A DNA stretch of 64,000 nucleotides from an uncultured Eudoraea sp. (GTDB lineage Bacteria > Bacteroidota > Bacteroidia > Flavobacteriales > Flavobacteriaceae). Under the pieces are notes generated by a model. It was not told the origin of the DNA, did no database searches, and worked only from the letters and a program-made list of their open reading frames with translations. Position numbers and translations under genes: made by a program. The stretch lies in contig NZ_CAMYIP010000015.1 of NCBI RefSeq assembly GCF_947258525.1, positions 4,179 through 68,178 on the forward strand, given 5' to 3'. This document shows, piece after piece, positions 47,992-56,887 of this stretch (positions within the stretch are counted from its first letter, which is position 1; each line of letters opens with the position of its first letter).

Positions 47992-48387
47992 CTAAGTTTT
48001 GTCTCCCATATCTGACAATTGAATTTTGAGGGAATTCGTAGAGAGTTGGACTTCAATTAAAGATAAAATCAAAGAAATCATAAGAGCAAGTAAGCTAATG
48101 CCGAAGATGAGGTTGGCCCAGAATTCTTGTTCAATATAGATAAGGAACATAGTAATGGCACTAAAGAGGAAACTCAGTATTGCAACGGCCTGCATGTTCT
48201 TAATAATTCTAAGTCGTCTTTCTAATTGACGCACTTGTATCCCTAATCCACGGGATGCTTTTTCCTGATATTGCTTGTGCAACTGACGTATGAGCGCTGC
48301 AATTGCCAGATATCGTGCATTATAGGCTAACATGCTTAATGAAATAGCAGGGAATAATAGAGCCGGAATACTTAGTGTTAGTTGCAT
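47992..48387 (-). CDS. DUF2721-like membrane protein
   Basis: 131 aa with three TM helices separated by a basic helix (RQLERRLRIIKN). Confidence 0.5.
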   Translation of the reverse strand: MQLTLSIPALLFPAISLSMLAYNARYLAIAALIRQLHKQYQEKASRGLGIQVRQLERRLRIIKNMQAVAILSFLFSAITMFLIYIEQEFWANLIFGISLLALMISLILSLIEVQLSTNSLKIQLSDMGDKT

Positions 48388-48402
48388 ATATAGATTTAAG
48401 GT

Positions 48403-51252
48403 TTATTCAATTTTGAAATAAATTTTTTCACTTACCGTATCTGAAGAAATTTCAACCCCATACTCACCTATTGGTAAATAGGTTTTGCCATCCTTTGCAG
48501 TTTTTAGTTTCACTTTGTTTTTTTTCAAATAAGCTAGTTTTCCTTTTTTGGAAAATGCTACATCAAAAGACATAACATTTAAGCCCTTGTCTGTCTTAAG
48601 TACGGATTCACTAACTACTGTATTATCCGAAGAATATACTTTTACAGAATAAGTCGCTGAATTTTTTGAGTATACTACAATATCCAATCCGGGAGTATCT
48701 GGTTTGGACCAGGAACTATATGGATTACCCCAGCTTTGAGAGTGTTTAATGTTATCGGGTTTAAAAACATGCAATTCTTTAGCTAGGATTCCCTTGTTCA
48801 TTTCCTGCAAACTTGAAATATTTACCTTGTAGATACTTCTGCCATGGGTCCCAACCAACAGGTCTTTGGCCTCTGGTTGAATTACCAAATCGTGCACAGC
48901 AACCCCGGGAATACCGCTTTGAAAAGATTCCCAGGAATCACCCTGATTGATAGACATGTATAGTCCATTGTCTGTACCTATAAACAAGAGATTTTCATTT
49001 TCAGGATCTTCAATGATTATATTAACAGGCGAAGCAGGGATGTTGGATGCGATATTTTTCCAGGAATTACCATAGTCATTACTCATATAAATATAAGGAG
49101 TAAAATCATCTTTTCGGTAGCCGTTAAGAGTTAGGTAAACCCGCTCTTTTTTGTGTTTCGATGCCACAACTCTGCTAATCCAGAGATTTTGAGGAAGTTC
49201 AGCAGATATCAAATCCCAGCTACTACCACTATTTTTTGATAGATGAACGAGACCGTCATCACTCCCGGTATAAATCAAACCAAATTTTAAAGGAGATTCA
49301 CTAATCGCAGATATAGTTCCAAAGGGGACATTCCCTTTTTTTCCTCCACGTGTAAGATCCCCGGAGATGATCTCCCAGTTATCTCCCTGATCGAGTGATC
49401 GATGAAGATAGTTACTTCCTAAATAAAGAATATCCTGATTATGTGAGGATAGCACTATGGGCGTTTGCCAATTAAAGCGATATGCCTGCTCACCAAGTTC
49501 ATGCCTTGGTTTTATGCTGGTGGATTTATCTTCATTCAAGTCAAGACGATAATAATTGCCAAATTGAAATCCGCTGTAAACAATATTTGAATTCCTTTTG
49601 TCTATTTGAACCTGCATCCCATCGCCCCCGAGAATCCTTTTCCAGGGGTATTGTCCGGTCTGATGCCATTTGCTATTCTCCACAGAATTATTGGCCCCTT
49701 TCCACACACCGTTATCCTGAAGGCCTCCATATACATTATAAGGTTTTTCATAGTCAATATTAATGGTATAGAATTGACCTACGGCCGGGTTGTTATTTTT
49801 AATCCAATTCGCTCCGTCATCATAGGAGATATTTACTCCCCCATCATTTCCATTAATCAGGTGTCCGGGTTTTTGAGGATTTACCCATAGCGCGTGATGG
49901 TCCACATGTACATTATCCCCATTAATTGAAACAAAGGTTTTACCGCCATCATCGGACTTTATTAGCGGAACACCGCCCGTGTAAATTTTATTTTTATCAG
50001 ATGGATCTACTCTGACCTGTGCAAAATAGTACCCAAAGCTGTAATAAAGATCATCGAGATATTTTTCATTTCTTTTGCTCCAGCTTATGCCCCCATCTTC
50101 ACTTCTGTATATTTCAGCACCAATAACCGGGGTATCAACTAAAGTGGCATTGGGGTTTTCAAGATAGCTGGCGAGATCCTGAGGTTTAGCTGTACCATTT
50201 TGAATAAGCTGTTTTACATTCTCAGCTTCATATTTTTTGGGAAACCCATTTCTTTTCAGGTACTGATTAAGTTCCTTATTATCCAGTTTTAGAAAAGTAT
50301 CAACATTCATAGACTTAAACATATCTTTAGTAAGTCCGTCGGTTTTTTCAGGATCAATTTCCTTCTTACTTCTTCGAAACTGATTATCCAGAACCGCATA
50401 CAGGGTATTTTCATCATATACCGCCAGCCCAATCCGACCTACATTTTCCCCTGTCGGGAATCCACTGTCAGTACCACTAATTTTGGTCCAGTTTGTACCC
50501 CCATCAATACTTTTATATATCCCGGAACCGGTGCCATTACCTTTAAAATTCCAGGCTTTTCGATCTTTTTCCCAGGCTGCGGCATACATAATATTAAAAT
50601 TCCCAGGGACAAAGGCCAAATCAATTATACCAGTGGAATCATTTATATACAAGGATTGTTCCCAGGTGGCACCTCCATCGGAAGTTTTATAAATGCCTCG
50701 CTCTTCATTTTTTGTATACAAATGACCCGTTACACCCACTACCAACTCGTTTGGATTATCTGGATTTATAACAATCCGTCCAATATGTTGTGAATCCAGA
50801 AGGCCCATATTTGTCCAGGATTTACCCATATCCTCTGATTTAAGGACACCTATTCCGGCATAAGATGAACGAGAAGCGTTGTTTTCACCAGTTCCTACCC
50901 AAATGGTCCCGGAATTCCAATGGACTGCAATATCCCCAATATTTTGTGTGGCTGAATTATCCATAACAGGCGAAAATGTGGTTCCGTTATTATTTGTATG
51001 CCATAAGCCTCCAGAGGCATAGGCTACAAAAAATTCAGTGGGATCATCGGGATTTACATCAAGATCTACAACTCTTCCGCTCATTATTGTAGGTCCAATA
51101 CCAGAGAAAGAAATATTCTTAACAAGGGAATTAGCTTCCATTTGTTTTTTTAGCTCCAGGGCCTCTTTAATATTTTGGGACTGAGCTGATACAGATGGCG
51201 CTGTACAAATCAAAAAAAAGACAAATAGTATTTGTGACAGATTTAATCTCAT
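48403..51252 (-). CDS. secreted BNR/sortilin (VPS10)-type repeat glycosyl-hydrolase-like protein
   Basis: 949 aa with a signal peptide and many S-x-D-x-G-x-x-W (BNR/Asp-box) repeats (SEDMGKSW, SDGGATW, SIDGGTNW, SEDGGISW, SDDGGKTF, YDDGANW, SLDQGDNW, SKNSGSSW, SNDYGNSW, SINQGDSW). Confidence 0.7.
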   Translation of the reverse strand: MRLNLSQILFVFFLICTAPSVSAQSQNIKEALELKKQMEANSLVKNISFSGIGPTIMSGRVVDLDVNPDDPTEFFVAYASGGLWHTNNNGTTFSPVMDNSATQNIGDIAVHWNSGTIWVGTGENNASRSSYAGIGVLKSEDMGKSWTNMGLLDSQHIGRIVINPDNPNELVVGVTGHLYTKNEERGIYKTSDGGATWEQSLYINDSTGIIDLAFVPGNFNIMYAAAWEKDRKAWNFKGNGTGSGIYKSIDGGTNWTKISGTDSGFPTGENVGRIGLAVYDENTLYAVLDNQFRRSKKEIDPEKTDGLTKDMFKSMNVDTFLKLDNKELNQYLKRNGFPKKYEAENVKQLIQNGTAKPQDLASYLENPNATLVDTPVIGAEIYRSEDGGISWSKRNEKYLDDLYYSFGYYFAQVRVDPSDKNKIYTGGVPLIKSDDGGKTFVSINGDNVHVDHHALWVNPQKPGHLINGNDGGVNISYDDGANWIKNNNPAVGQFYTINIDYEKPYNVYGGLQDNGVWKGANNSVENSKWHQTGQYPWKRILGGDGMQVQIDKRNSNIVYSGFQFGNYYRLDLNEDKSTSIKPRHELGEQAYRFNWQTPIVLSSHNQDILYLGSNYLHRSLDQGDNWEIISGDLTRGGKKGNVPFGTISAISESPLKFGLIYTGSDDGLVHLSKNSGSSWDLISAELPQNLWISRVVASKHKKERVYLTLNGYRKDDFTPYIYMSNDYGNSWKNIASNIPASPVNIIIEDPENENLLFIGTDNGLYMSINQGDSWESFQSGIPGVAVHDLVIQPEAKDLLVGTHGRSIYKVNISSLQEMNKGILAKELHVFKPDNIKHSQSWGNPYSSWSKPDTPGLDIVVYSKNSATYSVKVYSSDNTVVSESVLKTDKGLNVMSFDVAFSKKGKLAYLKKNKVKLKTAKDGKTYLPIGEYGVEISSDTVSEKIYFKIE

Positions 51253-51413
51253 GGGTTTTTATATAGATATTAATACGTGAAAATATGAAATTGGAGTTGT
51301 GGAGACAAGAATAAGCTAATAGACTTCAGATTGCTTATTTATTTGATTAGGAATTATTGAAGTATAAATAGGTATTAATATGTCTTCCTATTTGAAGTGA
51401 TGGTGCTTATGCT

Positions 51414-51421
51414 TATTTTTG
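51414..51421 (+). promoter_or_regulatory. -7 promoter box TAnnTTTG for the aminopeptidase gene
   Basis: TATTTTTG lies 18 nt upstream of the ATG at 51440. The track's TTG start (51419) lies inside this box. Confidence 0.4.
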
Positions 51422-51439
51422 AGCAAAGTACTTCGTTTT

Positions 51440-52732
51440 ATGAAATATGAACAAATAGACAGCGAGCTGTTCAAAAAAAATCGGGCTAAATTCATGGCTC
51501 AAATGAAGCCCAAGAGTATTGCCATTTTTAATTCCAATGATATTTATCCTATTAGTGCAGACAGTACGATGCCCTTTCAGCAGCATAGGGATATTTTATA
51601 TCTCAGTGGTGTAGATCAGGAAGAATCTATCCTTTTACTTTTCCCGGATGCCATTGACAAAAAAAATAGGGAGATATTATTTGTAAGGGAAACAAACGAG
51701 CATATAGCAATTTGGGAAGGAGCAAAATTAGATAAGGAACAAGCCACTGCTGTTTCCGGGATAGAATCTGTGCATTGGTTAACAGAATTCGACAAGGTAT
51801 TTTTTGGTCTAATGACTGAAGCGGAATGTATTTATTTTAATACTAACGAGCACTACAGGCAATCAGTAGAGACTCAAACAAGAGAAGACCGTTTTATTAT
51901 AAAATGCAAGAAAGAATTTCCAGCGCATAGTGTGGCCAAGAGTAATCCTATTTTACAACAGATCAGGGGCGTAAAAGAAGCAAAGGAGATTAAACTAATC
52001 CAGCATGCTTGTAATATTACAGAAAAGGGTTTTCGTCGCGTATTAAAATTTATAAAACCCGGTATTTGGGAGTACGAATTAGAAGCCGAATTTCTACACG
52101 AATTTATTAGAAACCGCTCAAAGGGATTCGCTTATACTCCAATACTAGCGTCAGGCAATAATGCGAATGTTTTGCATTATATTGAAAATAACAATCAATG
52201 CAAAGATGGAGATCTTATCCTGATGGATGTAGGTGCTGAATATGCAAATTATGCAAGTGATATGACCAGGACCATTCCGGTTAACGGCAAATTTTCTAAA
52301 AGGCAACGTGAAGTTTATGAAGCTGTACTCCGTGTTAAGAATGAGGCCACTAATATGTTGGTGCCTGGTACGCTATGGGCAGATTATCATGTTGAAGTAG
52401 GAAAGCTAATGACATCTGAACTACTTGGGCTGGGATTACTTGACAAAGAAGATGTTCAAAAAGAAAATAAAGACTGGCCCGCCTATAAAAAATACTTTAT
52501 GCACGGCACGAGTCACCATATGGGATTAGATACTCACGACTATGGTGCTTTAAAGACACCCATGAAATCTAATATGGTTTTTACAGTAGAACCTGGCATT
52601 TATATTCCGGATGAAAAAATGGGAATTCGTCTTGAAGATGATGTGGTTATTACGGAAAAAGGATCTCCCTTCAATCTAATGCGGGATATCCCGATTGAAA
52701 TTGATGAGATAGAAGATCTTATGAATAGCTAA
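51440..52732 (+). CDS. Xaa-Pro aminopeptidase (M24B family)
   Basis: It has the M24 metal-ligand blocks DVGAEYANYASDMTR, HGTSHHMGLDTHD and VEPGIYIP...IRLEDDV. I start it at ATG 51440 (MKYEQ). Confidence 0.85.
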   Translation: MKYEQIDSELFKKNRAKFMAQMKPKSIAIFNSNDIYPISADSTMPFQQHRDILYLSGVDQEESILLLFPDAIDKKNREILFVRETNEHIAIWEGAKLDKEQATAVSGIESVHWLTEFDKVFFGLMTEAECIYFNTNEHYRQSVETQTREDRFIIKCKKEFPAHSVAKSNPILQQIRGVKEAKEIKLIQHACNITEKGFRRVLKFIKPGIWEYELEAEFLHEFIRNRSKGFAYTPILASGNNANVLHYIENNNQCKDGDLILMDVGAEYANYASDMTRTIPVNGKFSKRQREVYEAVLRVKNEATNMLVPGTLWADYHVEVGKLMTSELLGLGLLDKEDVQKENKDWPAYKKYFMHGTSHHMGLDTHDYGALKTPMKSNMVFTVEPGIYIPDEKMGIRLEDDVVITEKGSPFNLMRDIPIEIDEIEDLMNS

Positions 52733-52759
52733 TTTAGAAAACCAGTTCTGGTTGATCTT

Positions 52760-54046
52760 TCACAGGGAGCCGGCAGACTTATTTCCTTTACCAATATTAG
52801 CTAAAATAAAAACCGCTGAAGCGGGTAATACCCATCCCATACTTAAGGTGCTTAGCGGAATCCATCTTGTAATGGATTCTATATAACCGCTTAAGCCAAT
52901 ACTTCCTAAAAAATCAGGAATACTGAAAAGAATTGTAGTAATTACAACCGCCCTGAAAACTTTAGGGGAACCAAATTTTTCAGGAATCACATTAAGTAAG
53001 ATTAAAACTATAGTAATTGGATAAATAAACATTAGAATAGGTAATGCAATAGCAATGATGTAATCTACATTAAATTGCCCCATTAGCACTCCAAGGAAAC
53101 AACTGACCACCGCAGTAATCAAATATGCCTTGTTCGATTTTGGAAAACGCGATTTTACAAAATCTGCTGTTCCGACTACAATTCCTACAGCCGTAGTAAA
53201 ACATGCCAGGCTTACTAATATTCCTAAAAATAGATTTGCCTTAGAACCTAATGTAATTTTACTTATCCCGGTAATAAGTGAAGTACGTGAAATAGCCCCA
53301 TCAAACTCTCCCTGCATAACAGCCCCAGTAAAAATTAACCCAGAATAAATCAATATTAAGCCGAATCCGGCCAGCCAACCGGCCCTCCCAAGTAAGGCTT
53401 TTTTGCGCTCATAGGAAGCTTCTTTATCCCTAAGGTTAATAGAGGTTATAATGACCCCTCCCACGACAATGGCTCCTATGGCATCAAAGGTTTGATAACC
53501 TTCCAAAATTCCTGCCGTCATTGGATTGATGAACGTGTTTGTGCCAAAATCCAGCGGGAAGGAAAACAACGTTATACCCATAATTGCCAAAAGGATAAGA
53601 ATAATGCCCGGAGTTAAATACTTGCCTATAATGTCCAAAATTTTTGTACGGTTCATTACAAAAATGAATACTAAAACAAAATAAACGATGCTTGTACTCA
53701 AAGTAGAATTATGAAGCAAAGGTGCTATGCCAATTTCGTGGGTAACAGAAGCCGTTCTCGGAGAGGGTAAAGAAACTGAAACCCCATAAATCGTGAAGCA
53801 ATAAATTAAGCTGAATAAAGGTGAAACTTTAGAGGCAAAATCGAACATTGTCCCTTGTAGTTTTGCATGACCGAGAATGCCAAATATTGGGATTAAAACT
53901 GCTGAAATGGCAAAACCAAGAGCGACCAACCACCAAAGCTCCCCTGCTTTGAATCCAAGTTGAGGTGGTAAAATTAGATTTCCTGCTCCAAAGAAAAGAG
54001 AGAAAAGAGCAAAAGCTGTAACCAGCGTTTCTTTTATTCTAGCCAT
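52760..54046 (-). CDS. brnQ: branched-chain amino acid transport system II carrier protein
   Basis: About 12 TM segments with the N-terminal LIVCS signature FALFSLFFGAGNLILPP. I start it at ATG 54046 (MARIKE). Confidence 0.85.
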   Translation of the reverse strand: MARIKETLVTAFALFSLFFGAGNLILPPQLGFKAGELWWLVALGFAISAVLIPIFGILGHAKLQGTMFDFASKVSPLFSLIYCFTIYGVSVSLPSPRTASVTHEIGIAPLLHNSTLSTSIVYFVLVFIFVMNRTKILDIIGKYLTPGIILILLAIMGITLFSFPLDFGTNTFINPMTAGILEGYQTFDAIGAIVVGGVIITSINLRDKEASYERKKALLGRAGWLAGFGLILIYSGLIFTGAVMQGEFDGAISRTSLITGISKITLGSKANLFLGILVSLACFTTAVGIVVGTADFVKSRFPKSNKAYLITAVVSCFLGVLMGQFNVDYIIAIALPILMFIYPITIVLILLNVIPEKFGSPKVFRAVVITTILFSIPDFLGSIGLSGYIESITRWIPLSTLSMGWVLPASAVFILANIGKGNKSAGSL

Positions 54047-54308
54047 AGAATTAATCAAGCGTGAAAGATAAATCAAAAAAGACTAAATCTTAAACAAAAT
54101 TCAACTGCTTAAACTTACAATTTGTCGTAAAAAGAGACGTTCGTCGAAAAAAGCATAAAATTTATAGGGGCCACCCAATAAAATGCAAGTTAGATGCGTT
54201 CTGAAATTAAGCTAATTGAAATTATTGTCTCAATTACTTTTACTGAGTGTTTATTATTGCATATTAAGGATCCCCAAACCCTACCAATGCAGACCTAAAA
54301 CCTACAAT

Positions 54309-54533
54309 ATGAAAAAAATATTTTGCAATATTTTTGGCCACCATTATTCCGTATCCAAGAAGGTAACTTTACACATAAAGGAATATAAGTGTGTTCACTG
54401 TGGCAAGGAAGTCACAACAGACGTAAGCGGAAACCTATCCGTTTTAACTCCTGAACTTCAGGAGATCAATGCAACCTTAGAAGATTTGTACCAAAAAAGA
54501 CATAGGACTACCCATACACAACAGGTGGCTTAA
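54309..54533 (+). CDS. small zinc-ribbon-like protein (function unknown)
   Basis: 74 aa from ATG 54309, with C-x3-G-H-H ... C-x2-C (CNIFGHH, CVHCG). The track's longer ORF has no plausible N-terminus. Confidence 0.4.
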   Translation: MKKIFCNIFGHHYSVSKKVTLHIKEYKCVHCGKEVTTDVSGNLSVLTPELQEINATLEDLYQKRHRTTHTQQVA

Positions 54534-55583
54534 TTATGCTTTGGCAAATGAATTCCACCCCTGAGCGGTAAGAGGAATTTTAGAATTATTCCTGGAAACT
54601 AAGTGTGCGCCTTCATTCTTTTCTGTTATGTGCCCCACAACAGTAAAGTTAGGATTGCCCTTTAATTCCGGGAATTTTTTTTGATCAATTGTGAACAGTA
54701 ATTCATAATCTTCTCCACCACTCAAAGCAACTAAAGTGCTATCCAGTTTAAACTCTTCGCAGGCTGAAATTACTGTCGGATCTAAAGGGATTTTGTCCTC
54801 ATAAAGATTGCAACCAACGTCGCTCTGCTTGCACAAATGAAGAATTTCTGAAGAAAGCCCATCACTGATATCAATCATAGAAGTAGGTTGAATCCCAAGC
54901 TTCTCTAATAATTCCACAATGTCTTTTCTGGCCTCAGGTTTTAATTGGCGCTCAATGATATAACTATATGCAGATAGATCGGGCTGACTATTAGGATTTA
55001 CTTTAAATACTTCCTTTTCACGCTTTAATACCTGCAACCCCATATAGGCTGCTCCCAGGTCGCCACTTACTACCAGCAGATCATTTGGTTTTGCCTGGCT
55101 CCTGTAAACTATGTCTTCTTTTGCAGCTTCCCCTAGTGCAGTAATGCTTATGATCATTCCTGTAGTAGAAGAGGAAGTATCTCCTCCAACCAAATCTATT
55201 TTATAAAGCTCACAGGCAAGTTCAATTCCCTTATAGAATTCTTCTAAAGCCTCCAGAGGAAAACGATTGGAGACCGCAACGGAAACCGTAATCTGCGTAG
55301 CCCTTGCATTCATTGCGTAAATGTCGGATAAATTAACCATTACAGCTTTATACCCCAGATGCTTCAAAGGCATATAGCTCAGATCAAAATGTATTCCTTC
55401 AATCAACAAATCTGTAGAGACAAGTGTCTTATTATCTTTAAAATCGAGCACAGCGGCATCATCTCCAATACCCTTAATAGTAGATTTATGATGCAATTTT
55501 AAATTCCGTGTCAGGTGATCGATTAGTCCGAATTCACCCAATTGCTCTAAGGAAGTTTTATCCTGATTCTTATCTTCAAACAT
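54534..55583 (-). CDS. thiL: thiamine-phosphate kinase
   Basis: 349 aa, AIR-synthase-related fold (GEFGLIDHL, GIGDDAAV, DLLIEGIHF, DISDGL). Confidence 0.9.
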   Translation of the reverse strand: MFEDKNQDKTSLEQLGEFGLIDHLTRNLKLHHKSTIKGIGDDAAVLDFKDNKTLVSTDLLIEGIHFDLSYMPLKHLGYKAVMVNLSDIYAMNARATQITVSVAVSNRFPLEALEEFYKGIELACELYKIDLVGGDTSSSTTGMIISITALGEAAKEDIVYRSQAKPNDLLVVSGDLGAAYMGLQVLKREKEVFKVNPNSQPDLSAYSYIIERQLKPEARKDIVELLEKLGIQPTSMIDISDGLSSEILHLCKQSDVGCNLYEDKIPLDPTVISACEEFKLDSTLVALSGGEDYELLFTIDQKKFPELKGNPNFTVVGHITEKNEGAHLVSRNNSKIPLTAQGWNSFAKA

Positions 55584-55587
55584 AGTG

Positions 55588-55595
55588 CAAAAATA
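55588..55595 (-). promoter_or_regulatory. -7 promoter box TAnnTTTG only 4 nt from the thiL start codon
   Basis: The minus strand reads TATTTTTG-cact-ATG, the same geometry as at plsC. Confidence 0.35.
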
Positions 55596-55653
55596 AGCGG
55601 ATGAGAATAATATATTATCTTTACACCGAAAAAGAATAATTATTTTTTACCCC

Positions 55654-56880
55654 ATGAATAAAACTCTCCTGCTAATTTCTGGCCTATTCTTTCTATTTAG
55701 CTGCTCTAGTAGTGACAACACTCCTGTTAATGATGCCCCGGAAGAGATGATTGAAAATCCACAAACGGGATTTTCTCCTTGTCAGGATGGCATGGCCGGC
55801 ATTTATCCCTGTAATGGTTATGACCTGTTGGGTCAAATAAGTCTGACTTCATTTAGCGCTTCTGCAGGGAATGATATCTGGGGGTGGACAGACAGCACAA
55901 CAGGTAAGGAATATGCATTGGTTGGTTTGAATAATGGAACTGCCTTTGTTGACATAACGGATACCGAAGAACTGATTTATCTTGGAAAATTACCAACAGC
56001 AACTGCATCGAGCTCCTGGAGAGATATTAAAGTATATCAGGACCATGCATTTATTGTCTCTGAAGCCGGTGGCCATGGGATGCAGGTTTTTGATTTAACA
56101 AAATTGAGAAATGTGGCGAATGCTCCTGAAAATTTTGAGGCAGATACCCGCTATACCGGTTTTGGGAATGCACATAATATTGTTATCAATGAAGCCAGCG
56201 GATATGCTTATGCGGTTGGTACGGACACTTTTAACGGAGGAGCCCACTTTATTGATATTCAGGATCCTAAAAATCCAATCGCAGCCGGTGGCTATGGCGC
56301 TAACGGTTACTCTCACGATGCACAGGTAGAAACCTATAATGGTCCGGACGCAAATTATACAGGGCAGGAAATTTTTATAGGGGCGAATGAAAATCAGGTT
56401 GCTATTGTCAACGTTACAGATAAAAATAACCCTCAGCAGATCAGTACTTTTCAATACAGCAATATAGGGTACACACATCAGGGATGGTTTTCTGAAGATC
56501 AACGTTATTTTATTTTAGGAGATGAAACCGATGAGTTGACCTTTGGTTTTGATTCGCGGACCTTGGTCTTTGATCTTACAGACCTTGAAAATCCAATTTT
56601 GCACACTACTTATTTAGGTGAGACGGCAGCTATTGACCACAATGGATATGTTAAAGGGGATGATTTTTATCTTGCAAATTATACTGCAGGCGTTCGAATC
56701 CTGGATATTTCAGGAATTGACGGACAGACAATTGTTGAAGAGGGCTTTTTTGATACATATCCCTTAAGTAATACGGCCGCTTTTGAAGGTGTATGGAGTG
56801 TCTATCCCTATTTTGAAAGTGAAAAAATCATTGTAAATGATATCAATTCTGGTTTATTCGTAATTAAAAAGTCAAATTAA
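55654..56880 (+). CDS. choice-of-anchor B / LVIVD-repeat beta-propeller lipoprotein
   Basis: 408 aa with lipobox LFSC and repeated strand motifs ending in V.D...P (AFVDITD, MQVFDLT, AHFIDIQDPKNP, VAIVNVTDKNNP, LVFDLTDLENP, VRILDISG). Confidence 0.55.
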   Translation: MNKTLLLISGLFFLFSCSSSDNTPVNDAPEEMIENPQTGFSPCQDGMAGIYPCNGYDLLGQISLTSFSASAGNDIWGWTDSTTGKEYALVGLNNGTAFVDITDTEELIYLGKLPTATASSSWRDIKVYQDHAFIVSEAGGHGMQVFDLTKLRNVANAPENFEADTRYTGFGNAHNIVINEASGYAYAVGTDTFNGGAHFIDIQDPKNPIAAGGYGANGYSHDAQVETYNGPDANYTGQEIFIGANENQVAIVNVTDKNNPQQISTFQYSNIGYTHQGWFSEDQRYFILGDETDELTFGFDSRTLVFDLTDLENPILHTTYLGETAAIDHNGYVKGDDFYLANYTAGVRILDISGIDGQTIVEEGFFDTYPLSNTAAFEGVWSVYPYFESEKIIVNDINSGLFVIKKSN

Positions 56881-56887
56881 GTTAGCA

